Shown here: positions 1 to 9,419 of the stretch, one piece after another | Position numbering within the stretch: the stretch's first letter is position 1 | How the letters are laid out: every line of letters begins with the position of its first letter | Assembly: GCF_006345805.1 (NCBI RefSeq) | Contig: NW_021836933.1 | Coordinates: 1 to 22,855 of the forward strand | Direction: 5' to 3' | DNA: 22,855 nt | DNA from: Octopus sinensis | Taxonomy: Eukaryota | Program-made: the position numbers and the translations under genes | The notes under the pieces: generated by a model | The model's database searches: none | What the model saw: the letters and a program-made list of their open reading frames with translations, nothing else | Told to the model about the DNA's origin: nothing

Positions 1-190
1 ACGCAACGCACGCAACGCACGCATACACACGCTCGCGCGCACACGCATGGCACACTCGCACACTCGCACGTATATGTATATATTTGTATGCATATGTATT
101 CATATTTATATGTATACACGTATGTATTTCTATTGTCAAAGAAGGTACGCATATATACACACACGTGTATGCACACACATACACACACAT
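1..190. repeat. Compound microsatellite (ACGCA)n/(CA)n/(TA)n
   Basis: Simple repeats visible directly; ORF 47..346 is largely a translation of them. Confidence 0.9.
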
Positions 191-217
191 ACAACCACCC
201 CCCACACGGGCACATAT

Positions 218-540
218 GTCTGTTATGCTCTAGCACCTGATCTGTTTGGATTCGGAAATTCCAGGACTTTTCAGGTCACCATCTCCGTCACTCTCCGCGG
301 TTCGTGCACATACCACGCCTTGCCTCTATGTGGCCACCACTTTTAATGGTTTCCAATTTAGCACTTTCGCTACCTGATCGTTGCAATGGTTTCGTCCGCT
401 CTATTACAGATGCGATACAGCGGAGCCACTTACTCTTTCCTAAGGTTCACCGCTAGTTCGTCGCCAAAGCCTGGTCTTGCGCTGCCAGAATAGTGCTCTT
501 GGTCTCTATTTTAAGGGTTCTTTTCTCCAACCAATCCCAC
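218..540 (-). mobile_element. Decayed R4/Dong-clade (RLE-type) non-LTR retrotransposon fragment: pre-CCHC region, zinc knuckle and start of restriction-like endonuclease
   Basis: Manual minus-strand translation across frameshifts gives WDWLEKRTLKIETKSTILAAQDQALATN*, APLYRICNRADETI, DQVAKVLNWK, AWYVHEPRRV and WNFRIQTDQVLEHNR. These match R4/Dong motifs (AAQDQ, CRxC..ETxxH, HDxVA, WDFxIQTD..HNRPD). Stops and frameshifts are present. Confidence 0.8.
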
Positions 541-598
541 CTATAGAAATATTAATATTTTTAAGTCTCTCTAAAGGAGACTATGGCAGCAGTACTGG

Positions 599-935
599 AA
601 TTCCGCCGAGGTCGACTTTGCCTTTCATCCTTTCGGGGTCGAATAAATAAGTACCAGTTACGCACTGGAGTCGATGTAATCGACTTAATCCGTTTGTCTG
701 TCCTTGTTTGTCCCCTCTGTGTTTAGCCCCTTGTGGGTAATAAAGAAATAGGTATATCATCTGTCTTTACGTTCTAGGTTCAAATTCTGCTGAGGTCGAC
801 TTTGCTTTTTATCCTTTCGGGGTCGATTAAATAAGTACCAGTTACGCACTGGAGTCGATGTAATCGACTTAATCCGTTTGTCTGTCCTTGTTTGTCCCCT
901 CTGTGTTTAGCCCCTTGTGGGTAATAAAGAAATAG
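599..935 (+). mobile_element. SINE family B, head-to-tail dimer of 5'-truncated units (184-bp period)
   Basis: Two copies of TTC(C/T)GC(C/T)GAGGTCGACTTTG...GTGGGTAATAAAGAAATAG; TAAAGAAATA occurs at 741 and 925. B-box-like GTTCAAATTC at 778-787. Same unit as the 12338-13291 array. Confidence 0.9.
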
Positions 936-987
936 ATATTAATAGTTATCGCCAAGTGCCTAACTGCATTTCATAGGTTTTTACCAT

Positions 988-1080
988 CTGAGTTCAAATT
1001 CTGCTGAGGTCGGCTACGCCTTTCATCCTTTCATCCTAATCGACTTAAAACCTCCCCCAAAATTGCAGGCCTTGTGCGTA
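988..1080 (+). mobile_element. SINE family B partial copy with alternative 3' tail
   Basis: CTGAGTTCAAATTCTGCTGAGGTCGG..GCCTTTCATCCTTTC, then an internal deletion, then TAATCGACTTAA..CCTCCCCCAAAATT..GGCCTTGTGC. The tail resembles that of the 15546 copy. Confidence 0.7.
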
Positions 1081-1172
1081 CAGGAAAAAGAAAAGGAACG
1101 GGTGAACTGGCAGAATTGTTATGGCGTCGGGAAAAATGCTTCACACCGTTTCCTCTTACTTTACTTTCCGAG

Positions 1173-1233
1173 TTCTTCTTCTTCTTCTTCCACTTCTTCT
1201 TCTTCTTCCTCTTCTTCTTCATCTTCTTGTTCC

Positions 1234-1264
<31 letters not shown>

Positions 1265-1317
1265 CTTCATCTCCTTGTTCCACTTCTTCTTCTTCTTCTT
1301 CTTCTTCGTCTTCTTCC

Positions 1318-1348
<31 letters not shown>

Positions 1349-1382
1349 CTTGTTCCACTTCTTCTTCTTCTTCTTCTTCTCC
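1173..1382. repeat. (TTC)n trinucleotide repeat with recurring TTGTTCCAC/TTCCAC interruptions
   Basis: Seen directly; source of the spurious poly-E/K/S/F/L ORFs at 1031-1666. Confidence 0.95.
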
Positions 1383-1518
1383 TTCCCTCCCCCTCCCCTT
1401 CTCCTTCTCTCCCCCTCCTTTTCTCTCTTCTCCTTTCTCCCCGTCTTTTTGTTATTACTATGAAGACTAATTTTTATGACAGAACTGGAAAACAAATGCA
1501 TTTGTTGTTGTTTTTGTT

Positions 1519-1585
1519 GATGATGACGACAACGACGACGACGACGATGATAATGATGACGATGATTATGATTATGATAACGTCG
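1519..1585. repeat. (GAT)n/(GAC)n trinucleotide repeat
   Basis: Seen directly. Confidence 0.85.
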
Positions 1586-2267
1586 ATGCAAAAACTTCGA
1601 AACGTTATTGTAATAATTCCTCAATTTAATGTTGCAAAAACCTTTTACCCAAATACATTGTAACAAGTCAGAAGGGAACCCAAGCTGGCGCCATCTGATC
1701 GGTTTTCCCCATTATTCCCGTCGAATGTGACCTGTTGATATATTTATTACGTTTCTCCTATTTTATTGTTGCTAGATCGATACATGGCATGTTGTTTTTA
1801 GTCGTTATTTTTATTCTTTAGGCGAAGAAAGAACAAGGAACACGCAATTTTTTTTATTGAATATTATTGGATATTATTAGAGATGTCTTTGGTTTCTTTT
1901 AGTGTTGGAGACGGTGTTGATTCACGAATGCCGACGGTGGTAGCGGTGATAATGCTAGAAAAGTCACGTGTGAAGCTGAACTTGGTTGGGAATAAGATAG
2001 ATGGTAACTATAAAAATGGTGTTTAGACGCAGTTGGGCTATAACTATCTGGAGATATGAGGAAAGTAAAGGAATGGCAAACGGTGGCAATGGAGAAAAAT
2101 TGAATCTGAATAATAGATGAGAAGGATAATAAAGAAGCGGAGGTGGAGGGGACGTAAGGGGGGGGAACAGAAGATGGAGCATGAAGACGGAGTGGCGAGA
2201 ATTTTAACTAAAACTTTAAAATAAAACTTGAAGGAGAGAGAAGGATGAAAAACTGGAATTTTCGCAT

Positions 2268-2674
2268 ACTCTCTCTTTTTTACTCTTTTTACTTGTTTTA
2301 GTCATTTGACTGCGGCCATGCTGGAGCACCGCCTTTAGTCGGGCAACTCGACCCCGGGACTTATTCTTTGTAAGCCCAGTACTTATTCTATCGGTCTCTT
2401 TGCCGAACGCAAGTATTTGACGGGGACAGTAAACAACACCAGCATCGGTTGTTAGCAGCAATGCTAGGGGACAAACACAGACACACACACACACACACAT
2501 ACATATATATTATACATATATACGACAGGCTTCTTTCAGTTTCCGTCTACCAAATCCACTCACAAGGCATTGGTCGGCCCGGGGCTATAGCAGAAGACAC
2601 TTGCCCAAGATGCCACGGAACCCGGAACCATGTGGTTGGTTAGCAAGCTACTTACCAAACAGCCACTCCTGCGC
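2268..2674 (-). mobile_element. SINE family A (tRNA-derived, internal CA/TA microsatellite), near full length
   Basis: Minus-strand head GCGCAGGAGTGGCTGTTTGGTAAG (A box), CTTGGGCAAGTGTCTTCT (CORE-SINE-like segment), internal microsatellite, tail ending (AAAAGAGT)n. Aligns with the copies at 10761 and 11650; small deletion around the B box. Possibly the described octopus OR2/CORE-type SINE (name from memory). Confidence 0.9.
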
Positions 2675-2745
2675 ATGTATTTAATTCAAATTTGGAAATT
2701 TCATCAACAGATCCTGGAGTATCAAGTTACAATCATTTACAATGT

Positions 2746-2865
2746 GAGTTCAAATGTTCTTGCTATCGATCTTGTCTTTCTTCCTTCGAATGCCGGGGTC
2801 AACTTAAACGATATTCAATCACGACTCAAATTGATGGGATTAATCTCCCTTTCATAGAAAATCTC
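2746..2865 (+). mobile_element. Highly diverged SINE family B relic
   Basis: GAGTTCAAAT..TCGATCTTGTCTTTCTTCC..GGGGTCAA loosely follows the family B core. Confidence 0.35.
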
Positions 2866-3281
2866 TGATCACCTAAAGGTCAAAGTCTTCATACTAACTC
2901 GATTAGTGTTCGAAATAAATATACAGCGAAATAGTAAATTCAATTTAGATTTTGTTTTAAATTCACCATAAACTTCATTGTACTGAGAAATTTATATGAA
3001 ATGCTAATTACGAGTCTGCAGTCTGTATTTTCTATTTTTCTTTTGTGTGTTGTTATATAAACCAAAGCGAAAGTGAATGCAGACTAATCGAAGCAAATAG
3101 AACCATGCGTTTATATAATCATAATTCAATGGGATTATGTAGAATGGATTGAGTCATAAGCGTATTAAGCAGAAAGAGTGCTCTCTTTCAAATCTTATAA
3201 ACAATAACATACACAACGATGCTCTTTTTCTCCCCCCCCGCACACACACACACACGCACACACATATGTATATATATATAT

Positions 3282-3355
3282 AGGCACAGAAATGGCAGTG
3301 TGGTAAAATCTTGGTTCCAAACAACATAGTTTCGGGTTTAGTCCCACTGCGTGGA
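3282..3355 (+). mobile_element. SINE family A head fragment (diverged)
   Basis: AGGCACAGAAATGGCAGTGTGGTAA...GGGTTTAGTCCCACTGCGTGG aligns with the family A tRNA-like head; abuts the LINE fragment. Confidence 0.7.
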
Positions 3356-3361
3356 AACTTT

Positions 3362-3998
3362 ATAACCTGAGTCTAAAGAATTCCTCCAGGGATTGGTCAG
3401 AGGGACTGCAAGTTGGTGTCTACATTCCCTCAGGAGACTAGCGGGGAATCTTTCAGGGCCTACAGCAGAATAGTATTTGACCTCGTCCGAGATTTTATGT
3501 TGGGAATCAACTTCGTTCGCTTCATTTACGTCAATATCAGTGGGATCACTAAAGACAGAGCAATATTGTTTCTGCAGTACTTCTGCCATTTCTTTAGCAT
3601 CGTGTTGGGGAATGTTGTTATCATCGATCAATGGCCCAAATGGGTGAGACAGCGGTTCTATGCTTATTTGCATAAGAATAGAACACTTTTGGGTTCTGTT
3701 TAATGTTTTTGATTACCCATTGTTCCTCTGCAGCTCTTTGATTTTCAATGGAGGTTTTCATGTCGGTCTGCAGATGAAGCTTTTCCAGCTCCAACCTTTT
3801 CATTGTTGTTGAAGTGGATGTTTTATGTGGGAGTATTTTAAATGGTTGAAAATTTTATTGAGTCTTTTGATGCGCTTGATGAGTGTTTTTTTTTTTAGGG
3901 AGCTGGTTTCTGTTTGTGTTAGTGGATTTCATTGGAGCGTGTTTTGAGCATGTATAGGTGACAATGTTCTCCAAGTTCTGCCATGCGGTCTCAATGTT
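3362..3998 (-). mobile_element. Decayed CR1/L2-group LINE ORF2 fragment (region between endonuclease and RT)
   Basis: Frameshifted minus-strand peptides NIETAWQNLENIV..KHAPMK, KNIKQNPKVFYSYANK, GPLIDD..EMAEVLQKQYCSVFSDP and SAVGPERFPASLLREC..LAVPLTNPWRNSLDSG are typical of CR1-group ORF2 upstream of the RT domain. ORFs 3338..3673 and 3621..3803 are pieces of it. Confidence 0.8.
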
Positions 3999-4162
3999 AG
4001 TGGAACTGAGAGTGAAAGACCAGTCGATGAAAGACTTTCTGATTGCCCCCCAGTCCGAAAAAAGAACAAAAAATGGAACAAGAACGAAACAGGCTACAAC
4101 AAGACATCCGGACAGTTAGACTATACAAAAAAGGACGGGAAAAAACAAGGAGGGATCATTCA

Positions 4163-4216
4163 GAGTTCCAGGTCGTCAGTCGAGTTCCAGGTCGTCAGTC
4201 GAATTCCAGATCGTCG
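4163..4216. repeat. 19-bp tandem repeat, about 3 copies (GAGTTCCAGGTCGTCAGTC)
   Basis: Units start at 4163, 4182 and 4201; the third is diverged and partial. Confidence 0.85.
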
Positions 4217-4553
4217 TTGCAGTTTCTGCCGGTTACACTCAAGACTGCTCCAATCTGGCCGGCCCCAAGAAAATCTAAACTAAGAGCACTAGATTCTTTG
4301 GAAGAAAGCAAGTGAATGTATACAAAAACAAGGAAGAAAAAAAAACGAGAAATAGTACACAATTACAAATAGAAGCAACAGGACATTAACAACAGGTGTC
4401 TTTCGAGTGAGGACGAATTAAATTAAGCAGGCGTGTGTGGAAGTAAAGCCTTACAGCAGGAACATAAGAGATGAGAAGCATGGGAAGTAATATAAGTGAT
4501 GCTATACGGATGGTAGTCGAACCAAGAAAGAGGCGGAAACTGTCACGTGGAAG

Positions 4554-4585
4554 GAGAGAGAGAGAGAGAGAGAGAGAGGTATATA

Positions 4586-4636
<51 letters not shown>
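4554..4636. repeat. (GA)n followed by (TA)n microsatellite
   Basis: Seen directly. Confidence 0.95.
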
Positions 4637-4639
<3 letters not shown>

Positions 4640-4729
4640 AAACACGTAACTACACCTACATACACTCATATATACAGCCATATACAAGTATACATATAGA
4701 TGCACACACGTAATATATGTATGCGTATA

Positions 4730-5100
4730 TTATGAAAACAATGAACACAGAAGACAACGCAAGGGGGAAAGTTTTAACAAATGTTGCATTAGTTTAATGC
4801 ACGTAAAGACGTTTTGGACGCAGGTTCTTCATCAGTAAAATATATAGTAGACAAGGAGGAGAATAAATGAGAGAAAATGGTTGGGGGAAACAAGAAAAAA
4901 AAAGAAAAGAAAAGAAAGAAAAAAGCAAGCTGGTTGGACTATAGAAATATATTCATACACATTGGGAGCGAAAGATAGAAAGGAAGAGTTAACCGAAATG
5001 ATAACGATTTCAAAGAGGACAAGAAGAAGTATTGAATATTAATACATGGAGGTTAGGCATTGTAGCAGAAGTGGATGAACTACAAACAAAAGAAAGAAGG
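4730..5100 (-). mobile_element. Putative Penelope-like pLTR/tail relic with degenerate hammerhead motif
   Basis: Pyrimidine-rich minus strand leading to CTGATGA-agaac-ctgc-gtcc-AAAA-cgt-cttt-acgt (4835-4801), next to a TA microsatellite. Boundaries approximate. Confidence 0.4.
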
Positions 5101-5629
5101 AAGGAGATAGCCGATATATGCACACACACATTCATATTCTCAGATATCTAATAAAATCGTTGCATTTAAGAAGAACACAGGGGTATTGTATTTTGCTTTT
5201 TACTAGTGAAAGTGTGTCACCATCATGTTGCAGTCACGACATATTATAACTTACTGATTACTTCACAGATCTATTCAAAGTAATATTAAATATTTGATTG
5301 AATATTAACACATTTAGCCCAGCACTGTCTTTAGAGAGATGCTCATCACGATGTAAGTGTATAAGTGAATAAGTTACAATACTTGCAAGAATGTGGCTAA
5401 AAAAAAAATAAATAAAAAGAATTTCGATTGAAATTATGCAGTTATTGAAATGCCGTCGGTATAATAGAATTGTTAAACTTTTCCCGTTTCTTTTATTTAT
5501 ATTTTTACCGAGTAGATTTTCTATTTGACAAGTAGAACTTCCACTCCTGTAGTATTATTTCCTTTATCAGCATAAAACAATATCTCTATTGTACATCAGC
5601 ATCAATTGAGAAGGAGGTTTGACCGTTAC

Positions 5630-5722
5630 AGACACACACACACTCATATAGGTATATGTATATGTACATTAGTATATATGCATACATATATATATATTAT
5701 ACATACATACACACACACGTAT

Positions 5723-5753
<31 letters not shown>

Positions 5754-5935
5754 AAAAATATATATGCATATACGCATATATATATAAGCAAAGTGGCTAG
5801 TGATAAAATCTCAAGATATATATCTATATTTATCCATGTATGTATGTATGTATCTATATATCTATGCACATGTATACGTATATATATATATATGTTTGTG
5901 TGTGTGTGTCTGTGTATGTATGTATATTCATACAT
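5630..5935. repeat. Compound (CA)n/(TA)n/(TATG)n microsatellite block
   Basis: Seen directly; the ORFs at 5606-6029 are translations of it. Confidence 0.9.
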
Positions 5936-6317
5936 ATATAGTACCTTCAGTGAAAATTATGGAAGGAAAATAGTTCATCTGTGTGTGCTAATCTATATTC
6001 TCTCAATATATTCTTCACAATTTAAATAATGAACATCTTATTCAAGCAACTTGTATAAAGATGCTGATAAAGCATGACAGCATCTAAGGCAATTGCCCCA
6101 AGTATAAACTGATGTGAGATGAATTACATTGTATATGTCTATCGCCATTAGCTATATCCTACTATTAGAGAGAAATATTGTACAATAGATTTTTAAGAAG
6201 TTTTCTATCTTATCAATTGATCTCAGTAAAATTGTTTTGGTACGAAATTTTTTTACTTTGTCGACGGGCAGTGATTAATATTAGGCTGCTCACAGCGACT
6301 GAAATATGTTCTGTCAC

Positions 6318-6515
6318 ACATACATACATACATACATACATACATACATACATACATACATACATAGATACATGTATGTGTGTGTGTATATATATATTAT
6401 ATATATATATATATTATATATATATACATGCGTAACCTATATAGTAGATATATATATATATAAACAGGGCTAATTCATATAATACAAATATTCATATATA
6501 TATATGTATGTATAT
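6318..6515. repeat. (TACA)n/(TG)n/(TA)n microsatellite block
   Basis: Seen directly. Confidence 0.9.
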
Positions 6516-6616
6516 AGCAATCATTTGTGGGAATATTATTCCTAACTTACAGGGAAAAATTCAATTTAGAAATACTAAATCAAATTTCACAAAATATAAT
6601 GTATATATATATATAA

Positions 6617-6935
6617 ATTAGAAAAAAAAAACACCTTTTATCAATTCAAAATAAACAATTAAATTACACCATCTAGAAAATTACATATAATAAAAATATT
6701 AAAAATAAAATAACAATAATATACCAATGATTAAGTAAATTGCTAAATAATAATAAAAAATAAAAATAAAAATAAATTCTACCAAATATATACGTTTTTA
6801 TTATTATTTTGCAATTTACTTAATCATTGGTATATTATTATTATTTTATTTTTAATATTTCTATTATATGTAATTTTCTAGATTGGTGTAATTTAATTGT
6901 TCATTTTGAATTGATAAAAGGTGTTTTTTTCTAAT
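6617..6935. repeat. Inverted repeat IR1: arms ~6617-6759 and ~6795-6935, 35-bp spacer
   Basis: ATTAGAAAAAAAAAACACCTTTTATCAATTCAAAAT... is the reverse complement of ...ATTTTGAATTGATAAAAGGTGTTTTTTTCTAAT. Four substitutions and two indels over about 140 bp; flanked by (TA)n. Confidence 0.92.
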
Positions 6936-6987
6936 CTATATATGTATATATTATATATATATATTATATATATGCATATAAATACGT

Positions 6988-7018
<31 letters not shown>

Positions 7019-7044
7019 AGGGTGTGAAAGGAACACACGAGTTG

Positions 7045-7756
7045 ATATATATGAAAAAAACAAGTAAAAAATAGAAAATGCTAAAATATTTTATAGTGAA
7101 CATTTCAGTACCGGTTTCGGTCATTTTGAGACCTTTTCAACTGTAACGATTAAATAATTAAATTTAGAAAAATTAGAAGAAAAGTTTTTTAAAAGAATAT
7201 TTCTATAGTAGTGTTCAGATTTAAGTGGCATTCTGCCTTTCTCTGACTCCCTTGTTTGCATTGTGTGTTCGAGGTAGTTGTGAGCTCTTGGTAGGGTAGT
7301 AGAGAGAAGGCTGGTGAGGAAAGGGGGGTGGGAGAATCTGGGAGTGCCCTGTTTTTTAGTATAACACCTACGCTAATTCTATAAAGAAGCCTGTCCACAT
7401 AATATTCTCCTGAATTGAACTGAGACTGCCAGCCGCCACTGACCATTCAAAATACGACCATCAGGGCACTCCCAGATTCTCCCACCCCCCTTTCCTCACC
7501 AGCCTTCTCTCTACTACCCTACCAAGAGGCTCAAACTACCTCGAACACACAGTGCAAACAAGGGAGTCAGAGAAAGGCAGAATGCACTTAAATCTGAACA
7601 CTACTATAGAAAATATTCTTTTAAAAAAATTTTCTTCTAATTTTTCTAAATTTAATTTATTTAATCGTTACAGTGAAAAGGTCTCAAAATGACCGAAACG
7701 GTACTGAAATGTTCATAAAATTATTTTAGCATTTTCTATTTTTTACTTGTTTTTTC

Positions 7757-7764
<8 letters not shown>
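7045..7764. mobile_element. Inverted repeat IR2: arms 7045-7351 and 7462-7764, 110-bp spacer; probable Penelope-like element with inverted pLTR
   Basis: About 305-bp arms with about 12 differences, mostly single-base indels. Each arm carries a hammerhead-like motif oriented outward; embedded in (TA)n. The inverted repeat is certain; the Penelope assignment is inferred. Confidence 0.75.
7101..7148 (-). ncRNA. Minimal type I hammerhead ribozyme motif (U3-A8 variant)
   Basis: Minus strand CGUUACAG-UUGAAAA-GGUC(UCAAAAU)GACC-GAAA-C(CG)G-UA-CUGAAAUG. Stem I has 7/8 positions paired, stem II 4 bp, and stem III is the palindrome ACCGGU. Predicted cleavage after the A at 7109. Confidence 0.7.
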
Positions 7765-7794
<30 letters not shown>

Positions 7795-7897
7795 ATTTAT
7801 ATATATATTATATATACATATTATAGATATACATATATATAAATAAATATACACAAATTATATAATACATATATATGATACATATATATATTATATA

Positions 7898-7946
<49 letters not shown>

Positions 7947-7955
7947 ATATATATA
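7757..7955. repeat. Long imperfect (TA)n microsatellite
   Basis: Seen directly. Confidence 0.95.
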
Positions 7956-8660
7956 CAAACATAAATGTCCAATAAACCCACAACACTCAGACACAGATAT
8001 GCATATTGACAGAAACAAATGGCTGCAACACGATCTCGAACAGTGCTATCGCTTGATAGAGTTCCCTTAAACACGAACAGCAGGGATGCGACCTTTCAGT
8101 CTTTTAAGGGACCTATACCCTCTTGTACCTATGTGGTAAAGGTGGGCACCTCTTGCAAAAGGGGTTCAGAGACCTTACAACCCACGTTGCCAGTTGCTTT
8201 TATCCAGTCACGGAATTTTTCATTGAATGTTTTGTTGTTTGCGGCTACGGCCAGCCATTGTAAGCAATACAAAGGGAAGCTGTTAATCATTAAGTGATGC
8301 TTGTCCTTAAGGCTTAAAGTAAGTGGAGGCTTTGCACAGGTCCAATTTCACTTCCTAAACAACATATTCATGTGCCTAGAAAGAACTTGTCTACATCATT
8401 TGATGAAATCAAGGCCTCAGGTATTAATTAGACCAAAGTTTAGACCTTATCCAAGACAGAGGTTCAATCAAAGGTCAACGGTCTCTCACTGCTGTTGGAT
8501 GGCAGGCAGTTGACTAGACTTTCCTGAATTCATCCATTCTTACACTGGTTTTATTCTCCGTCCTGAAAGGTTTCCAACAAAACCAACGTCCTTGCCAAGC
8601 AGGCTTAGTAGGGTTGCTTCTTTAGTCGTCGACATCTTGACCGTGCTTCAAGAAATTGTA

Positions 8661-8662
8661 TC

Positions 8663-8727
<65 letters not shown>

Positions 8728-8810
8728 TTCTCTTTCTCTCTCTCTCTGTATATATATATAAATAATTAAATATATATATAAATAATTATATATATATATA
8801 TATATATATA
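8661..8810. repeat. (CTTT)n/(CT)n/(TA)n microsatellite
   Basis: Seen directly; ORF 8605..8826 is its translation. Confidence 0.95.
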
Positions 8811-8843
8811 CAGGTGGTGTAAGCATCTCACACTTTCATAGAG

Positions 8844-9386
8844 ACAGGCGTGGCTGTGTGGTAAGAAGCATGCTTCCCAACCACATGGTCCCGGGTTCAG
8901 TCCCACTGCGTGGCACCTTCGGCAAGTATCATCTACTTATAGCCTCGGACCGACTAAAGCCTTGTGAGTGGATTTGTTACACAGAAACTGAAATAAGCCC
9001 ATCGAATATATATATATATATCAAGATTAATCAGCCGAAATTGCGAAGATGATCTGGTTCTTGACTGATGACTGAGGGCTTCGAAAGTCCCGTCCGTGTT
9101 TTTTGTGTCGTCTTCTAAATGTTTCACGTTCTTGTCTCAGTTTGTATATTTTTTTACTTTTACATATATATGTTTGTGTTTCAGTGTTTGTCCCCCACTA
9201 TCGCTTGAACACCGATGTTGGTGTGTTTACGTCCCCGTAAATTAGCAGTTCGGCTACAGAAACCGTTAGAATAAGTATCAAGCTTACAAAGAATATGTCC
9301 TGGAGTCGATTTATTCGACTAAAGGTGGTGCTCCAGCATGGCCACAGTCAAATGACTGAAACAAGTGAAAGAATAAATAAATAGAA
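8844..9386 (+). mobile_element. SINE family A, full length, interrupted by a ~143-bp insertion (9021-9163) in its internal TA tract
   Basis: Head ACAGGCGTGGCTGTGTGGTAAG (A box), GGGTTCAGTCCC (B box), body to 9004. The 3' half resumes near 9170 and ends GAAACAAGTGAAAGAATAAA. Confidence 0.88.
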
Positions 9387-9419
9387 TATATGTGTGTGTT
9401 TGTGTGTGTGTTTGTGTCT

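Noticed and set aside
1031-1666. Long ORFs (211, 180, 135, 129 aa) with poly-K/E/S/L/F
   Set aside because: Translations of (TTC)n and (GAT)n repeats, open in several frames on both strands; no domain content.
4270-4470. Segment that looks like a dispersed repeat
   Set aside because: No second copy or diagnostic motif in the window, so it cannot be supported from sequence alone.
7352-7461. Sequencing adapter as the cause of IR2
   Set aside because: The spacer contains no SMRTbell-like adapter sequence; a chimera cannot be fully excluded without reads.
9065-9095. CTGATGA...GAAA in the nested insert as a hammerhead
   Set aside because: The intervening CTGAGGGCTTC cannot form stem II, and no stem III/NUH follows.
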